This document shows, piece by piece, positions 36,600-49,545 of a stretch of DNA of 64,000 nt. The stretch comes from Pristiophorus japonicus (lineage: Eukaryota): assembly GCF_044704955.1 (NCBI RefSeq), contig NC_091993.1, positions 100,254,001 to 100,318,000 of the forward strand. The letters are read 5' to 3'. The translations under genes were made by a program, and so were the position numbers. Each line of letters starts with the position of its first letter. Position 1 is the stretch's first letter. The notes beneath the pieces were generated by a model. The model saw nothing but the letters and a program-made list of their open reading frames with translations, made no database searches and was not told the DNA's origin.

Positions 36600-38235
36600 G
36601 TGGCTGCTGCTTGTACTACAATGAAGTTGCGACATCAGCCAGCAGACGCTGCATCATGGTTGGATCCACAAGCGTGCAAAGTGAGTTGGCTCCCATTTCC
36701 ACTTTGAAAAGGGTGGGCTCCAAGCTCTCTACAAAGCCCTGTGCCAAGTTGGTGCTGGGCTCCTCCATGCTCCTTGACATTGAATTCAGGCATTCTTACA
36801 GGTTTCCTAATACACCAAGTAAGTCATTGAGTATACCCGTAAGTGTTCTTCTGTAGGCTGCCTCATCAGAATCCTTATCTGAGTACTCTGAGCAGAATCC
36901 AGGTGTGACCTCGCTCTCTGGTGAGCTGGCACCTGTGCTATCCTTGGCCTTGCCTTGGCTGCAGCACCACGTGCAGATCCTGCCTGTAATCTACCCTCTA
37001 CGATAAGCGCAGTATCAGTAACCATGGTGGCTGTGAGTGTTAAATCAAGCAACACTGCTTGTCTTCATCATCACTCTCTTTGTTGCATCTTTGGGTAACT
37101 GAAAGGAAAAAGGCACAAGGGTAAGGTTGTGGTGAGGGGAGGGGGTGGCAAAGTAGGTGCAGATGCTTACACCATCTGCAGCTTGTAAATAAGAAGACAT
37201 TATGTGATGAAGGGGAAGTGGGATGTGAGGAGGAGGATTAGTTATGAGGATACTGTCATCTTCGATGGTTTCAGCACCCTACTGCCCATGGCCTCAGCAA
37301 TTGTCATTCCAATAAAAGTCAGCACCATCTCCTCCATGTGGGTGAGGGCATGCAGGTGTGCCTGTCTCCCTCTGGTTAGCTCCTGCTGCCTCTGGTTGTG
37401 TGCCACCTTATCCTGTGAGAGAGAAAGAAGTGTGTCAGTGAATGTTGTGCAATCTGTTTGGGTGATGTGGCTGTCATGGTTGGCAGTGTGTGCAAGCTGT
37501 GAGTTGTGGGTGTGAGGTTTGCAGCAATGTTAAGTGTGTGAGGTTGAGATGAAGCATATGAATGTGAGATATGAGTCCTAATTGATAGAGATTGTTGCTG
37601 GTGACTGATGGTGGCATATTGAGCAGTGGCTGAGGTTAGTGGTGCATTTGGTAGGATATGGCATTTGAAGATGCATTCATTGACCTTGATCATTCGTATG
37701 AGGTCATTGAACTTCTTGTGGCACTCCATCTAAGTCCTAGGGGCTTGATTCCTGGCATTGAGCTCCATGGCTATCTTCTCCCCCTGCCTTTTGATTGTGG
37801 GTGTGGATGCCCCCCTCCCCTGCGGATACAGGAAACCGCTCCTCCTTTCCACTTCACCCACCTCCAATGCAGAGTCCGAAAACCTTGGAGACTACTCTCT
37901 CCCATGTTGTGCCATTCCTGACTGTTTCTGAAGACAGATTTACTTCCTGCATAACTCCTAGCTCCTGCTCCAACCACAATGCACTTCCCCTTTAAGAGGT
38001 GCAGGCTAGCATTAAGCAGTTCAGGCTAGCTTTAAGTGGGACTAGGAAATTATGATTTTGGCTCCCCTGCTGATGCGTGCAGCCAATGAACTTCGCGATT
38101 AGCGCTGGCTGCATGCAGAAATCATTATAATGACCAGACAGCACAAAGATGGCGTGCTGCCTGCATTTCAATTAATGGGTGCGTGCTAATTGTGCATTGT
38201 GATCCCCATGCTAGTTTTCGGAGGCTATCCAATCT
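36600..38235 (-). pseudogene. Decayed PIF/Harbinger transposon Myb/SANT-like DNA-binding protein gene, with introns
   Basis: PRFSDSALEV..EVERR..ECHKKFNDLIRMIK|gt (donor 37684), cag|DKVAHNQRQQELTRG..LTHMEE (from 37412), further acceptor near 37100. Confidence 0.7.
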
Positions 38236-38244
38236 AAGTGTCTA

Positions 38245-38520
38245 AACTGGGTAGAGGAACAGAGGGACCTGAGGGTACAGATACACAGATCACTCAAAGT
38301 AGCAACATAGGTTAATAAGGCCATAAAAAATTGCAAACAAAGCACTGGGATTCATTTCTAGAGAGATCGAATTGAAAAGCAGAGAAGTTATGTTAAATTT
38401 GTATAGAACCACGGTTAGACCACACTGAGTACTGTGAACAGTTCTGATCTTCATATTCTGAAAAGGATATAGAGGCACTGGAGAAGGGGAAAAAAATATT
38501 TACTAGAATGATACCAGAAC
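38245..38520 (+). mobile_element. CR1 RT C-terminal fragment
   Basis: EEQRDL, LYRTTVRPH remnants. Confidence 0.7.
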
Positions 38521-39509
38521 TTAATAGTCAATTTAATCCCTTTGTGCTATGGACAAGTGTATACTCAGGTCTATGTCGAGACTGATCAGGTTCATTTTAC
38601 TTCTCAATGGGACCAATGTTATTCATGTGTGCTCCCAATGGGTGAGGCTCCACACTGGGAACACACATTCATAAAATCAGCCCGATATAACCATCAAAAA
38701 GAGAGGAGATTTTCATTCTATTGGACTTGACTAGTGAAAGGACACTGTACCGCAGCAGTAAGTCCTACTACTCAAATAATACTCGTAGGGCACTTCCTTA
38801 ATTGTTCTTCAGTCCGCTACAGGTTAAAGGTCTTGACACTGACAATTTTTCTCTGACAAAGAAATCAATAAGCTAAAATGGTCCCTGCTAAAACGGTCAT
38901 TATTGCCATTCAGATGTTGCTCTCCAAGCAGCACATAGTGTAATGTCTTGAAATGTATGCGTTGGTGTTATACAGACATCACATTGATATACAGGTCAAC
39001 CAGCCACCTGCCAGGGCCATTGGTTAACTGCTGTATTTCATTAAGTACATTAAGACAAAGTAAATGCCACGAGTGTGATCCAGGGTAAAGCTCACGCTAC
39101 CTTTGGACTGAGCACTGCCACTCCTGGCCTCGGGAAATCATTACACCAATTATGAGTCATGTACAGGATGTAACTCTGGGATTGAAAGTAAATTGCACCA
39201 TTTGATTAATCAAAGTGTTTGAGTCATGCCCAAGTACTGAGTCACTAAACCCTCATCACTTTCTTCAGGGAGCAGATTTGTATCTTTTGTTCATTAAATT
39301 CCACTTCAGCCACAAGAAAAGCCTTAAAGAAGGAGTTATATGAGTAAAAGAGATAATATGTTCTTTAACATTCTCCCTGCAAGTCATTCTTCACTAACAA
39401 GTCCCATCAGTGCTTTGTTGATGACACATAAATAATAGTGGTTAATGAAAAATGTTAAGAACTAGTCTGAGAAAACTGATGATTCAGCTCTGTTTGATTT
39501 CCCACATTA

Positions 39510-40040
39510 AGGGATCAATTTTCCCAGGTCATTTGTGCCGTTTTTTTGACATGCGCCGTTTTTTCTGGTGTAATTAGTTAATTCAAAGTTTCTCCCTGGA
39601 ATCTGTGCAGCGTAACTGCTTCAGTTACAATTTTTCTACGTTAGGTTCTTTTGAAGTCATCATGTCTGCGTCAGTTTTCAGCATTTTTCACAGTTTGCCC
39701 AAAAATATTTAATCCTAGGTCGGCATATCTGGCCACTCCCGAAAAACCTTCTGGTGAGTTAACAGAAAGCAGCGCACATTGAGAAATCGGTGCTGAAAGA
39801 CGCCATTGTTTTTCATCAAAGTTTTTGGAGGGAGTCTCTAACACTTGAAATATCCATAATAAAGTTCAACTTTTTTTACCTTTCAACAGAGTACATGGAA
39901 GTTTCTTGGATTTCTGAAGTTTTCATTTCTCACTCGCCACCATCGAACGTCTTCAAACAGGGCTGGAGGGTCGTGGTATCGGCCGTTAGAATCGGCTTCG
40001 CGCCCGGACACAGGGGCTCGGGGCTCAGCTGGAAAACAAA
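39510..40040. mobile_element. Partial GC/CpG-rich TIR-type repeat
   Basis: Starts gggatcaattttccc like the other TIR elements; ggccact..aaaacctt text resembles the reverse of 21800-22064. Confidence 0.45.
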
Positions 40041-40149
40041 CCCGTAGAACTACATCGAATTTATAGCACGGAAATAGGCCGTTCAGCCCAATTGGTCAAT
40101 GTTGACGTTTATGCTCCACATAAGCCTCCTCGCACCCCATTTCATCCAA

Positions 40150-40345
40150 CACAAAAGCAAAATGCAGATGCTGGAATCTGAAATAAAAGCAGAGAATGCT
40201 GGAAATCTCAGCAGGCCAGGCAGCATCTGTGGAGAGAAAAGCAAAGTTAATGTTTTGAGTCGCCGAATCTTCGTCAGATCTGCCGAAGGTTCGAAAAGAA
40301 CACATTCTTAAGCACTGAAAGGGGGAGGGGAAGAAAGAACAAAAG
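40150..40345 (-). mobile_element. Penelope-like pLTR remnant
   Basis: Reverse complement of the 52690-52910 family. Confidence 0.7.
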
Positions 40346-40840
40346 GGAACCCTGAATAGTCTTAACCCAACACCGAGCTGCCATAACTCTGCCCCATTTA
40401 GAGCTGAACTCTTCAGACAGGACAAAAGTCCATCTCCTTGCAGAGGGAGCACCTGATCTCCAGCTGATGGTTCCAACCCCCAGCATGAGCAGGCAATCTT
40501 TCTCCCAGACATTGTGCATCATTTTTCATCCTTCAATCATCGTTGCTACCCACAAGGATTTTAAGTCAACCCCAAATTGAAGAGAATGAGCTTCTCGTTC
40601 CCTTATTGAGATAGAATATATACAAAAACATTATTGGGATTTAGTGTTAGAAAAACCTGCCAGAAGGAATACTTTGTGTATAATATGCAAAAGTGCACCC
40701 TAATTGATTTTGTGTGTGGATTTATAATAGTGCAAACAACAATGGAATTGATTGCATTTAACTCTACAATTGATCACAATGATTGCTTTGTGCAATGTAT
40801 TTAAGAAGTTTCCCTTTAGTTCCATTCATGAAAATCCTTC

Positions 40841-42818
40841 AACTGGGAGAAATGTTCCGGACTCCTGGTGGGTCAGTGGCGGGTGGACTCCCTGCCGGAG
40901 GAGCTCAGGCCTTTTGCCTGGAGCACGACCCATCTCCTCTATCTGGGAGTCTACCTTAGCCCCGACGAGGGAGCCTGGCCGGCGAACTGGCAGGAGCTGG
41001 AGGCCAAGGTCGCCGCTCGCCTAGGGCGCTGGACAGGACTGCTCCGAGTGCTGTCCTACAGGGGTCGAGCGCTAGTCATAAACCAGCTGGTGGCCGCAAT
41101 GCTGTGGTACCGGCTGGTCACTTTGACCCCTCCCCCTGCGTTTGTCGCCAAGATACAGAAGAAGCTGGTGGACTTCTTCTGGAACAACAGGAAGCACTGG
41201 GTCTCTGCTGCGGTCTTGAGTCTCCCGCTTGAGGAGGGCGGTCAGTCGTTGGTGTGCGTCAGCGCCCAGCTCGCGACTTTCCGTCTTCAGACCCTGCAGA
41301 GATACCTTTACGTCGAGCCCCCTCCTAGGTGGTGTGCTCTGGCGAGGTATTTCTTCTGCCAGCAGCGCGACCTCAATTATGACACGCAGCTCCTGTTTGT
41401 GAACTTGGGGGGTGCCAGGACCGCCCTCCGGGAGCTGCCTGTCTTTTACAGGGAACTCATCAGGGTCTGGAACAAAGTCTCCACCAAGCGCAGCTCTCCG
41501 CCGGCTGGAGTGGCGGCCGTCCTGCAGGAACCGCTGCTCGGGAATCCGTACCTCCACGGCCGAGGCTTTATGTGGCGGTCGGAAGAGAGGGCTGTGGCTG
41601 GTGAGGTGACCAGGGTCAGGGACCTGCTCGATGGCAGAGGAGCGGGCTGGATGGCGCCAGACACGCTGGCGCGGCGCCTAAATTCTGCCAACGTCCGCCA
41701 CGCGGCCGATGCCATCGAGTCGCTAAAAACAGCTCTGGGCCCTGACTCCGTTAGATGCATCGAGGAGGCTCAAGTACGTGGGGAGATCCCGTCCGAACTG
41801 ACCCCCGTCCGGACGGAATTCCTCATCGGCGCCAAACCCCGGAACCTCCCTCGGGGGCCGGCGCCTCACAACTTGAGCCGCCTCGGGGAAATCCCCTCCG
41901 TGCCTTTCAGTTCCGCGCGGAGGGGTTTCCTGTACGGGCTGCTCCTGCACACCCTCAACTTTGCCATCCTCGCCGGCCGTCCGGACACGCCATGGCGTAC
42001 CATCTTGCCGTCCGGAGGAGGCGGGGGTCCCCGATGGAGGGCACTCTACGCAGGGGTCCTCCCACTATTCATCGGGGACTTGGCCTGGAGGGTGGTGCAC
42101 GGAGCAGTGCCGTGCAATAAATTTTTAAGCCGGTTCACGGACTCCCAGGCCGCCTGCAATTTCTGCGGTCTGGAGGAGTCCGTGTTCCATGTTTTTATTG
42201 AATGCACAAGGTTGCAGCCCCTGTTCCACTATTTGAAGGGGCTGCTCCTGAAATTCTGGCTGCACTTCAGTCCCACTCTCCTGATCTTTGGGCACCCTGT
42301 GCGGAGGGGAGCGGGTAGGTCCGAAGGCCTCCTCGTAGGACTGCTCCTGGGCACGGCCAAGGGTGCCATCAGCCGGTCCAGGCAGCAGGCGGTCGAGGGG
42401 GTCGTTCAACCTGACTGCCTGCCTCTCTTCCGCTCTTACATCCGGTCCAGGGTGTCCTTGGAGATGGAGCACGCGGTGTCCACCGGTACGCTCGCGGCCT
42501 TCCGCGAGAGGTGGGCACCGGAGGGACTGGAGTGCATCATCACGCCCGGCAACCAAATTTTAATTTGATTTTACGTTTTTTAAGTTTAATTTGTTTTAAT
42601 TGCCGGTGCTTTTAGTGTCCCCCTTCCCTTTTATAGGGGGCACTGGGGAAAATTGTGATTTTAGTGCCCAAAAAAAAACCAAAAAAGAAAAACACAAAAA
42701 AAAAAACAAAAAAAAAAAGGGGGGGGAAAAAAAAGGGCCTTGTAAATGTCTGGAGTGTCACCCAGGTCGGGTGGCACCGTTTAATGTTTTTATGTTTTGC
42801 AGGTAAACTCAAAAGAGT
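40841..42818 (+). mobile_element. Young 5'-truncated Tx1-clade (L1 group) LINE with 16-bp TSD
   Basis: ttcatgaaaatccttc at 40825-40840 and 42819-42834; CpG-rich uninterrupted ORF. Confidence 0.9.
40868..42568 (+). CDS. Tx1-like ORF2 C-terminal half (RT thumb, zf-RVT-type Cys/His motif); N-terminally truncated
   Basis: YLGVYL, LSYRGRALVINQL, LPLEEGG, CNFCGLEESVFHVFIEC; no stops in 566 codons. Confidence 0.85.
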   Translation: MGQWRVDSLPEELRPFAWSTTHLLYLGVYLSPDEGAWPANWQELEAKVAARLGRWTGLLRVLSYRGRALVINQLVAAMLWYRLVTLTPPPAFVAKIQKKLVDFFWNNRKHWVSAAVLSLPLEEGGQSLVCVSAQLATFRLQTLQRYLYVEPPPRWCALARYFFCQQRDLNYDTQLLFVNLGGARTALRELPVFYRELIRVWNKVSTKRSSPPAGVAAVLQEPLLGNPYLHGRGFMWRSEERAVAGEVTRVRDLLDGRGAGWMAPDTLARRLNSANVRHAADAIESLKTALGPDSVRCIEEAQVRGEIPSELTPVRTEFLIGAKPRNLPRGPAPHNLSRLGEIPSVPFSSARRGFLYGLLLHTLNFAILAGRPDTPWRTILPSGGGGGPRWRALYAGVLPLFIGDLAWRVVHGAVPCNKFLSRFTDSQAACNFCGLEESVFHVFIECTRLQPLFHYLKGLLLKFWLHFSPTLLIFGHPVRRGAGRSEGLLVGLLLGTAKGAISRSRQQAVEGVVQPDCLPLFRSYIRSRVSLEMEHAVSTGTLAAFRERWAPEGLECIITPGNQILI

Positions 42819-42857
42819 TTCATGAAAATCCTTCTTAGTGTGTTAGGTTGTGAGAAT

Positions 42858-43090
42858 ACATAAGAACATAAGAATTAGGAGCAAGAGTAGGCCATTCGGC
42901 CCCTTGAACCTTCATTAAGATCATGGCTTATCTTCTACCTCAACTCCACTTTCCTGCCCTGTCCCCATATCCCTTGATTCCCTTAATATCCAAAAATCTA
43001 TCGATCTCTGTCTTTGAATATACTCCACAGCCCTCTGGGGTAGAGAATTCCAAAGATTCACTACCCTCTGAGTGAAGCTGCTTCTCCTCA
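42858..43090 (-). mobile_element. CR1 3' end
   Basis: QRVVNLWNSLPQ; (ttcttatg)n tail. Confidence 0.85.
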
Positions 43091-44409
43091 TTATGTTGAT
43101 TTTGTTTTGATGCCACATGCCTTCGCCAAAAAAACTCTTATGTTGACATCAATGCACATGAAACAATAAAGGTACATAACATTTGCATTTGTCTGAATCA
43201 ATATTCTAACATAGAATTACATAGAATTTACAGCACAGAAATAGGCCATTTGGCCCAATTGGTCAAAGCTGTTGTTTATGTTCAACATGAGCCTCCTCCC
43301 ACCCCTTATTCTGAGACTGTGACCCCTGGTTCTAGACTCCCCAGCCAGGGGAAACATCCTCCCTGCATCTACCCTGTCAAGCCCTGTAAGAATTGTGTCT
43401 GTTTCAATGAGAATACTGCGGAGGTGAAGAGGTAATAATGTCAGCATGAAGAATAATTATTCTGGAGACCGTGAGATTTGTTGTATGCGTTTAGCTTTAG
43501 GCTTGCAACTATAGGGCTGACAGACGGGATCACAGGCTTTAGTCTGCCAGTAACTTGTATCCTCAGTTATAACCAGATGGCTACATGAAGTTTTGTATTA
43601 TAGAAGGGCAATAACAGTTATATTGCTATAACTTAGTAATTGGAGTGAACTGGAGGTTGATTCATTTTTACAAGCTAGATGCAAAATAAAAATTGATTGG
43701 AGATTGACATTAATGTGAGACTAATTAAAAAAAAATCAAATGTCATAAGAATGCTTGAATATTAAAATGCTTTTAACTGAGAAACATATTCATTTTATTT
43801 GGGGGAAATAATGCTTTAGGTAGTATTGTGTAACAGGATACAGACATTTTTTTATAGGAAAATGATCACGTTATCTTCTGGTTTTTCATTTTAATGTGCA
43901 TAATACGTTGTGAGGTTTTATTTTTGGAGTCTCATGAAGGTGCAGCAGAAGCATAAAAATAAGCACGTTGACGAGCCATGGAAACAAGCCTGTGAAGCTT
44001 CAAAATCTTCGGGGAATGCTATTCAGTAAACATAACAGTTCTGTGGAGGTATAACTGAAACATTTTAATTGGACACCCTGGTGGAAATTAAATGTGCTTT
44101 ATTTGATCAGACCATGCTTATTAAAATCTTTCAATGTGATTTAAATGCATTGGGATTTAATAAGCCATCCTTGCTGATACGAATCAATCCAACTGTCCAA
44201 GTATTGGCTGCAGACAAAAGAGCCATTTACATTTCCCATTTGCCTATGAAGAACTCTTCTGCAGGTGTGTTGACCTTTTTCCTAAGGGACTGGATCTCAA
44301 GCTATGATTGGGTGTGTTGACACTAGACATGATTGGTTCATTGAAATGCCAATCAGTCTCCATTTCATCCCAACTTAAATATGGATTTTTATAATTGAAC
44401 AGATGAATC

Positions 44410-45490
44410 ATACAAAAGCAAAATGCTGCGGATGCTGGAAATGTGAAATAAAAACAGAAAATTCTGGAAATTCTCAACAGGTCAGGCAGCATCTGTGGAG
44501 AGAGAAACAGAGTTAACTTAGAAACATGGAAACATAGAGAATAGGTGTAGGAGTAGGCCATTCAGCCCTTCGAGCCTGCACCACCATTCAATAAGATCAT
44601 GGCTGATCATTCACCTCAGTACTCCTTTCCTGCTTTCTCTCCATATCCCTTGATCCCTATAACCGTAAGGACCATATCTAATTGAACACCTCCAGCGGCG
44701 GTGGATGGGCCTCTCCTCCATGACACAGTCTGGGCCTCCTCGACGACGGCTGGACCTCCTGTGGCGACAGACGACCTCCTCCTCAAAGACGACCGGGTCC
44801 CCCTCTCCCGCATCGGCGACTGGCCTTCCCTCCTCCTTCAGCGACGACTGGAGCTCTCCTTCCCCACTGGTGACCTGGCCTCTTCTCCTCCTCCAACACG
44901 TGGTGAGTTCCATGACTGTGACCCCCCTGCCCTCCCACCCTGAACCCCGGTGGGCCACTGACCCTCCCAATGCCTGTCCCCAACCAAGCCTTGGATCACC
45001 TACCACCAAGGGCGCTATCCAGCACCGAGCCTGCGGCCAACATCGCGCCGCAGGCAACTAGGCCCATATAGCAGTGCCTGGTCTCCATTCGTCTTGGACC
45101 CCCTTGCCACTGGATCAAGACCTCGCTCAGCTAAGCCCGTGTGGTAGCCGGTGTGCAACGACCACCCCACATTAAAGAACTCACGCACAGGCATCTTCCA
45201 CTCCGTTAACGTGAAGTTCGGGACCTGGAACTTCAGGACTCTCATGGACAACCGCAATAGCGACAGGCAGGAACGCCGCACCGCCATAGTTGCCCGGGAA
45301 ATTAGACGCTTCGATATCGACATCGCCACCCTAAGCGAGACCCGGCGGGCAAGGGAAGGCCAGCTCAAGGAACAAGGTGGAGGTTACACCTTCTTCTGGA
45401 AAGGGAAACCAGAAGAAGAACGCTGCCTCCACAGAGTCGGCTTCGCCATCAAAAACGAGCTGTTTCAGATCGATGACTCTTCGTCAGAAC
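44410..45490. mobile_element. Penelope pLTR (minus) split by a composite insert: CR1 3' tail (44519-44682, minus) plus RTE 5' end (44685-45460, plus)
   Basis: pLTR stops at gagttaac (44517) and resumes at gtttcagatcgatg (45462). Confidence 0.8.
45205..45460 (+). pseudogene. RTE ORF N-terminus (APE endonuclease), 3'-truncated
   Basis: KFGTWNFRTL, ERRTAIVARE, DIATLSETR, GYTFFWKG, VGFAIK. Confidence 0.85.
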
Positions 45491-45804
45491 GAAGAAAGAT
45501 GAACCATTTGTTGAGTTTAATCAACATGTTAGTTTAACCAAGTGCTGACCATTTTTTCAAAGCACTTATTTGAATGTAATTTATTGCTTGAAGAGAAAAT
45601 TTAGAAATTAAACTGTATGCTTTGGATTATCCCATCGATAGATTGTGACAGATATCCAGTCGTGACAAATCCTCCTGCTTACTGTGCAGTCTATTCTACA
45701 TTACTGATGGTAACTGTCAGGTTAAATTAATTAAAAAATGTGCATTTATTAGCACTGTATCATGTTGAAATGCCACAACTCTTCACAAAATGAATTACTT
45801 TTGA

Positions 45805-45940
45805 AATACAAAAGCAAAATACTGCAGATGCAGGAAATTGGAAATAAGAACAAAAAATGCTGGAATTACTCAGCAGGTCAGGCAGCATCTGTGGAGAGAG
45901 AAACAGAGTTAACGTTTCAGGTCGATGACCCTTCGTCAAA
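45805..45940 (-). mobile_element. Penelope-like pLTR remnant with mutated hammerhead core
   Basis: Reverse complement reads gttTTGACGAagggtcatcgacctGAAACgttaactctg. Confidence 0.75.
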
Positions 45941-46566
45941 ACTTTTGAAATAAATTGGCTGTTATGGAAGTAAGCTTAGCAGCAACACTGCGCCAGTAAC
46001 TATATAAATAAAAGTTGTTGTTGTTGTTGTTGTAACATCCCACAAAGGCAATGAGATGAATGACCAGCTAATCTATATTTTTTCGTTTGAGGGAAGAATG
46101 TTGGCTAGGGGACTAGGAGAACTCGCTTGTAAAAGTGCCATGGGATCTTTAACGTCTATCTGGACAACCAGGACAGGCAGATAACACTTTAGTTTATCAG
46201 TTCATCTGAGTAATTATCAAGTAATCCCAATGGATCAGTTGGAAATGAGTGGTTAGTGTGGAACTGAGCCATAACATAGAATCTACAGCATTGAAATAGG
46301 CCATTTGGCCCAACTAATTTATGCCGGTGTTTATACTCCCTACAAGCCTGCCACCCTAATTACCTTTTCCCATCCTGCTCTCGTAGCCCTCGATTTTCTT
46401 CTGCCTCATGTATGTATCAAGCCTCTCCTTAAATGTGTCAATGCGATTTGGTTCATCCATGCATGAATGTGAATTCCACATTCTCATTACGCTCTGTGTA
46501 AAGAAGTTAATTCCAAATCCTTTATTTGATCTGGTAGTGGCTATATAGTATTTATACCCACTTGTT

Positions 46567-46755
46567 CACACTCGCCTCTGAGTCAGAAGGTTGTGGGTTC
46601 AAGTCCCACTCCAGGGACTTGAGCACATAAATCTAGGCTGACACTCCCAGTGCAGTACTGAGGGAGTGCTGCACTGTCGGAGGTGGCGTCTTTTAGATGA
46701 GACGACAAACTGAGGCCCCATCTGCTATCTCAGGTGGATGTTAAAGATCCCATGC
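46567..46755 (+). mobile_element. Deu-SINE 5' part
   Basis: B box ggttcaagtccc and Deu-like core. Confidence 0.8.
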
Positions 46756-49545
46756 TTATGGGGATTCCGTATGTTACCTGGCATAAGAACTTCAAGGGCA
46801 TTCGCTGGGCAGAAGTTGGGCAAATAGCCCAACTCTCTGCCCGCAGATGCCCTTTTCCTGAGGATGTGTTGGATTTGCCAAGAAAATTCTTGGCAGATCG
46901 CAAGTTCCGAGTTTTCTCGCATGCGCACCCATAAGGGACGCAAGTTACAAGCCAATGTCATCTCTAAGTTTTTTTCCCCCTCAATGTAAATATCCGTAGT
47001 TCCCTTAGATTTTCTTCATAGTTTAAATACACAAATCTATGAATCAACTTAATTGTCCTTCTTTGTACCCCCTCCATGTTCCAGAATGTTCCCTCTATAC
47101 TATGGTATTAGAAGTGAAGGTTGGCTTTATAAAACCATACCCAATCTTTCAGTGAAACCCATCTGTCCCAAACTTCCCATATTTGAAAGAGCTAAATCTC
47201 AGTCAGGTTTGCTTGGCGTTCAAGTGATTTATAGTTTGCCATTGAAAATGATTTGCAGACTGAATTATTGAAGTCTTACAGTTTTAGACATGTTCCTGGG
47301 TCAATGAATTAAAAGTTCCGCCCTCTATAAATGCTAAAATACTAATGTCAAAATGGAATAAACATTGAGCCGCATTGTTTAAAGATTCATATTATATATT
47401 TGTGATGCCTGCTCATCTTGAAAAAATATATAATTGTAGTTTAAAATATGGATTAACTTTTAGCAGTATTGAATTTCTCAGGCAGTTTTATAAAACCTGC
47501 CTTCATTTCTAATACTAAGATTGATATTTGCTTTTTAATCTTCTATAGTAATATTGAGGTTATCTTTGGAGCACCCTGTTCTTTAAGCATGTAGTATAAA
47601 TCACATTGATTTTATTGTTGTTATTATTTACTCTCCAATACTGCGCTCAGAGAGCTTAAAAATAAGAATCATCGACAGAACTATAAGCTATTAATGATGT
47701 TGACCTGTGAATATTTAATAATTTATTGTTCTGTTTTATTTTTAATACAAGATGAGGGAGGCTGTGGATGTTCAGTCGTTGAACATATTGAAGACTGAAA
47801 TCGATAGATTTTTGGGCACTAAGGGAATCAAGGGATAAGGAGTTGAGGTAAAAGATCAGCCATGATCTTATTGAATGGCAGAGCAGGCTCGAGGGTATAG
47901 CCTACTCCTGCTCTTATTTCATAAGTTTTTATGTTTGGTCTATCTCAGCTCATCCCTCCAGAAAGACCCTCCAGTCCCTCATCACAGTATCCAACTGTTC
48001 TTTTTAAATGATTCAAGGGCTTTGCCTCATTTCCCACATTACAACCGTGACTTCACTCCAAAAGTACTACATTTGATGTAAAGTGCTTTGAGGCCTCTGG
48101 TGGTCGTGAAAGGCGCTATATAAATGCAAGTCTTTCTTTCTTCTTGCAATATCTTAAAACCACGATTCATGATGCTGCCATGATGTTCTTTTTCTTTCCT
48201 CACCATTTTTCTTCCATTTCCTCCTGTCCTACAGGCTCTGCCTGCTCACTGGCGTGTAGATCTATGGCCACCACGTGCACTCTGGTACCTCACCTATGTG
48301 CTCATTATTCATGTTGCATCTTGCCAGAGAGTGTCAGTGGACTATCTGACTATGCATCATCACAGCTGAGCCCATTGCTGTCCTCAGCTGGGGAGAACGT
48401 TCCTCTGTACACCTTGTGTAACAGAACTGTATATCCATTTAAAATAAATATTGTTACACATCAGGCACAGAAACAAATCTTCCCCAATGATATCCACTCG
48501 TGCTCTTCCAGCAATGGTCTCCGAACACCAATCAGGAATGGGAACCTTAGACTACTTTTCCCCTTCCAGGATTTTTGAAGCCAATTGTAGGACCGTTTCT
48601 GCCAACTCATTTTTGGCTAATACATTTAAGCATTTGCTAATGCTGGAGATCAGATTTAGAATTTTATTTAAATGTTTTCTCCCTGCTGGTGTTGCTGCAA
48701 CTTCCCCGTCGCCCTGCCTTGTTCAAATTAGAACAGCATACTTGGCAGGCATCAATACAGCTCCCTAATTAGTCACCGGCAGAGCAAACTGAACAAGATG
48801 AGCAAAATTTCAGTTTCCTCTTTTCGTCAGATGTAACACCTCACTGCCAACCGGGCAGTCCAGCGAGTTGTTCTGAAGTGGAATGCACTGCCTGAAAAGA
48901 TGGTGGGAGCTGATTCAATAATAACATCCAACTAGAAGTGGAAACATTTGCAGGGCTACGGGAGAAGAGCAGGAGAGTGGGACTAATTGGATAGCTCTTT
49001 CAAAGAGCCGGCACTGGCACGATGGTCTGAATGGCCTCCTTCTGTGCTGTATCATTCTGTGATTCTATCAGTACTAGCAAAGTTTATTCAATTAAAACAA
49101 GCATGTTCTAATAACAAGCAGCCATAAGACTCAACGATATCAGCTTTAGGTCGGCGGCCAAGAGATAGCTGGTTCAATTACTGAGCTGTCCCCTGGCGCC
49201 ACTACACAATAATCTAGTTTATTACACTTATGTAGTGTCCAACATGTGGAATAAATTTTTATATGTACTCATTCCCTTGGATTAATGTCAGAACGATGAA
49301 AACCTCTGCAATTGTTTGTACATGTGGCCCAATCCTATGCACTTTACTTGCTGTCGAGTTTAGTATTCATAATTTTATAGATGTTAAACCGAGACCGCGT
49401 TTTACACACTCAGTAGTACACGCTCATGTACTATCTGGATAATCAAGGACTAAGCATTGGATTTGTTCAATGTAAGTCATGTTTGACAAATGTAATTGTT
49501 TTCTGAAGAAGTGACTGACTGGATAAAGTGAATGTAATAGATGTA

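Noticed and set aside
43450-44250. AT-rich repeat-free stretches as conserved non-coding elements (also 7000-9000, 50960-52050, 54500-55850)
   Set aside because: Conservation cannot be judged without alignments; short ORFs and splice-like motifs there are at chance level
44685-45200. Possible HDV-like ribozyme in the RTE 5'UTR
   Set aside because: Reported for some RTEs, but I could not assign the nested pseudoknot pairings by eye
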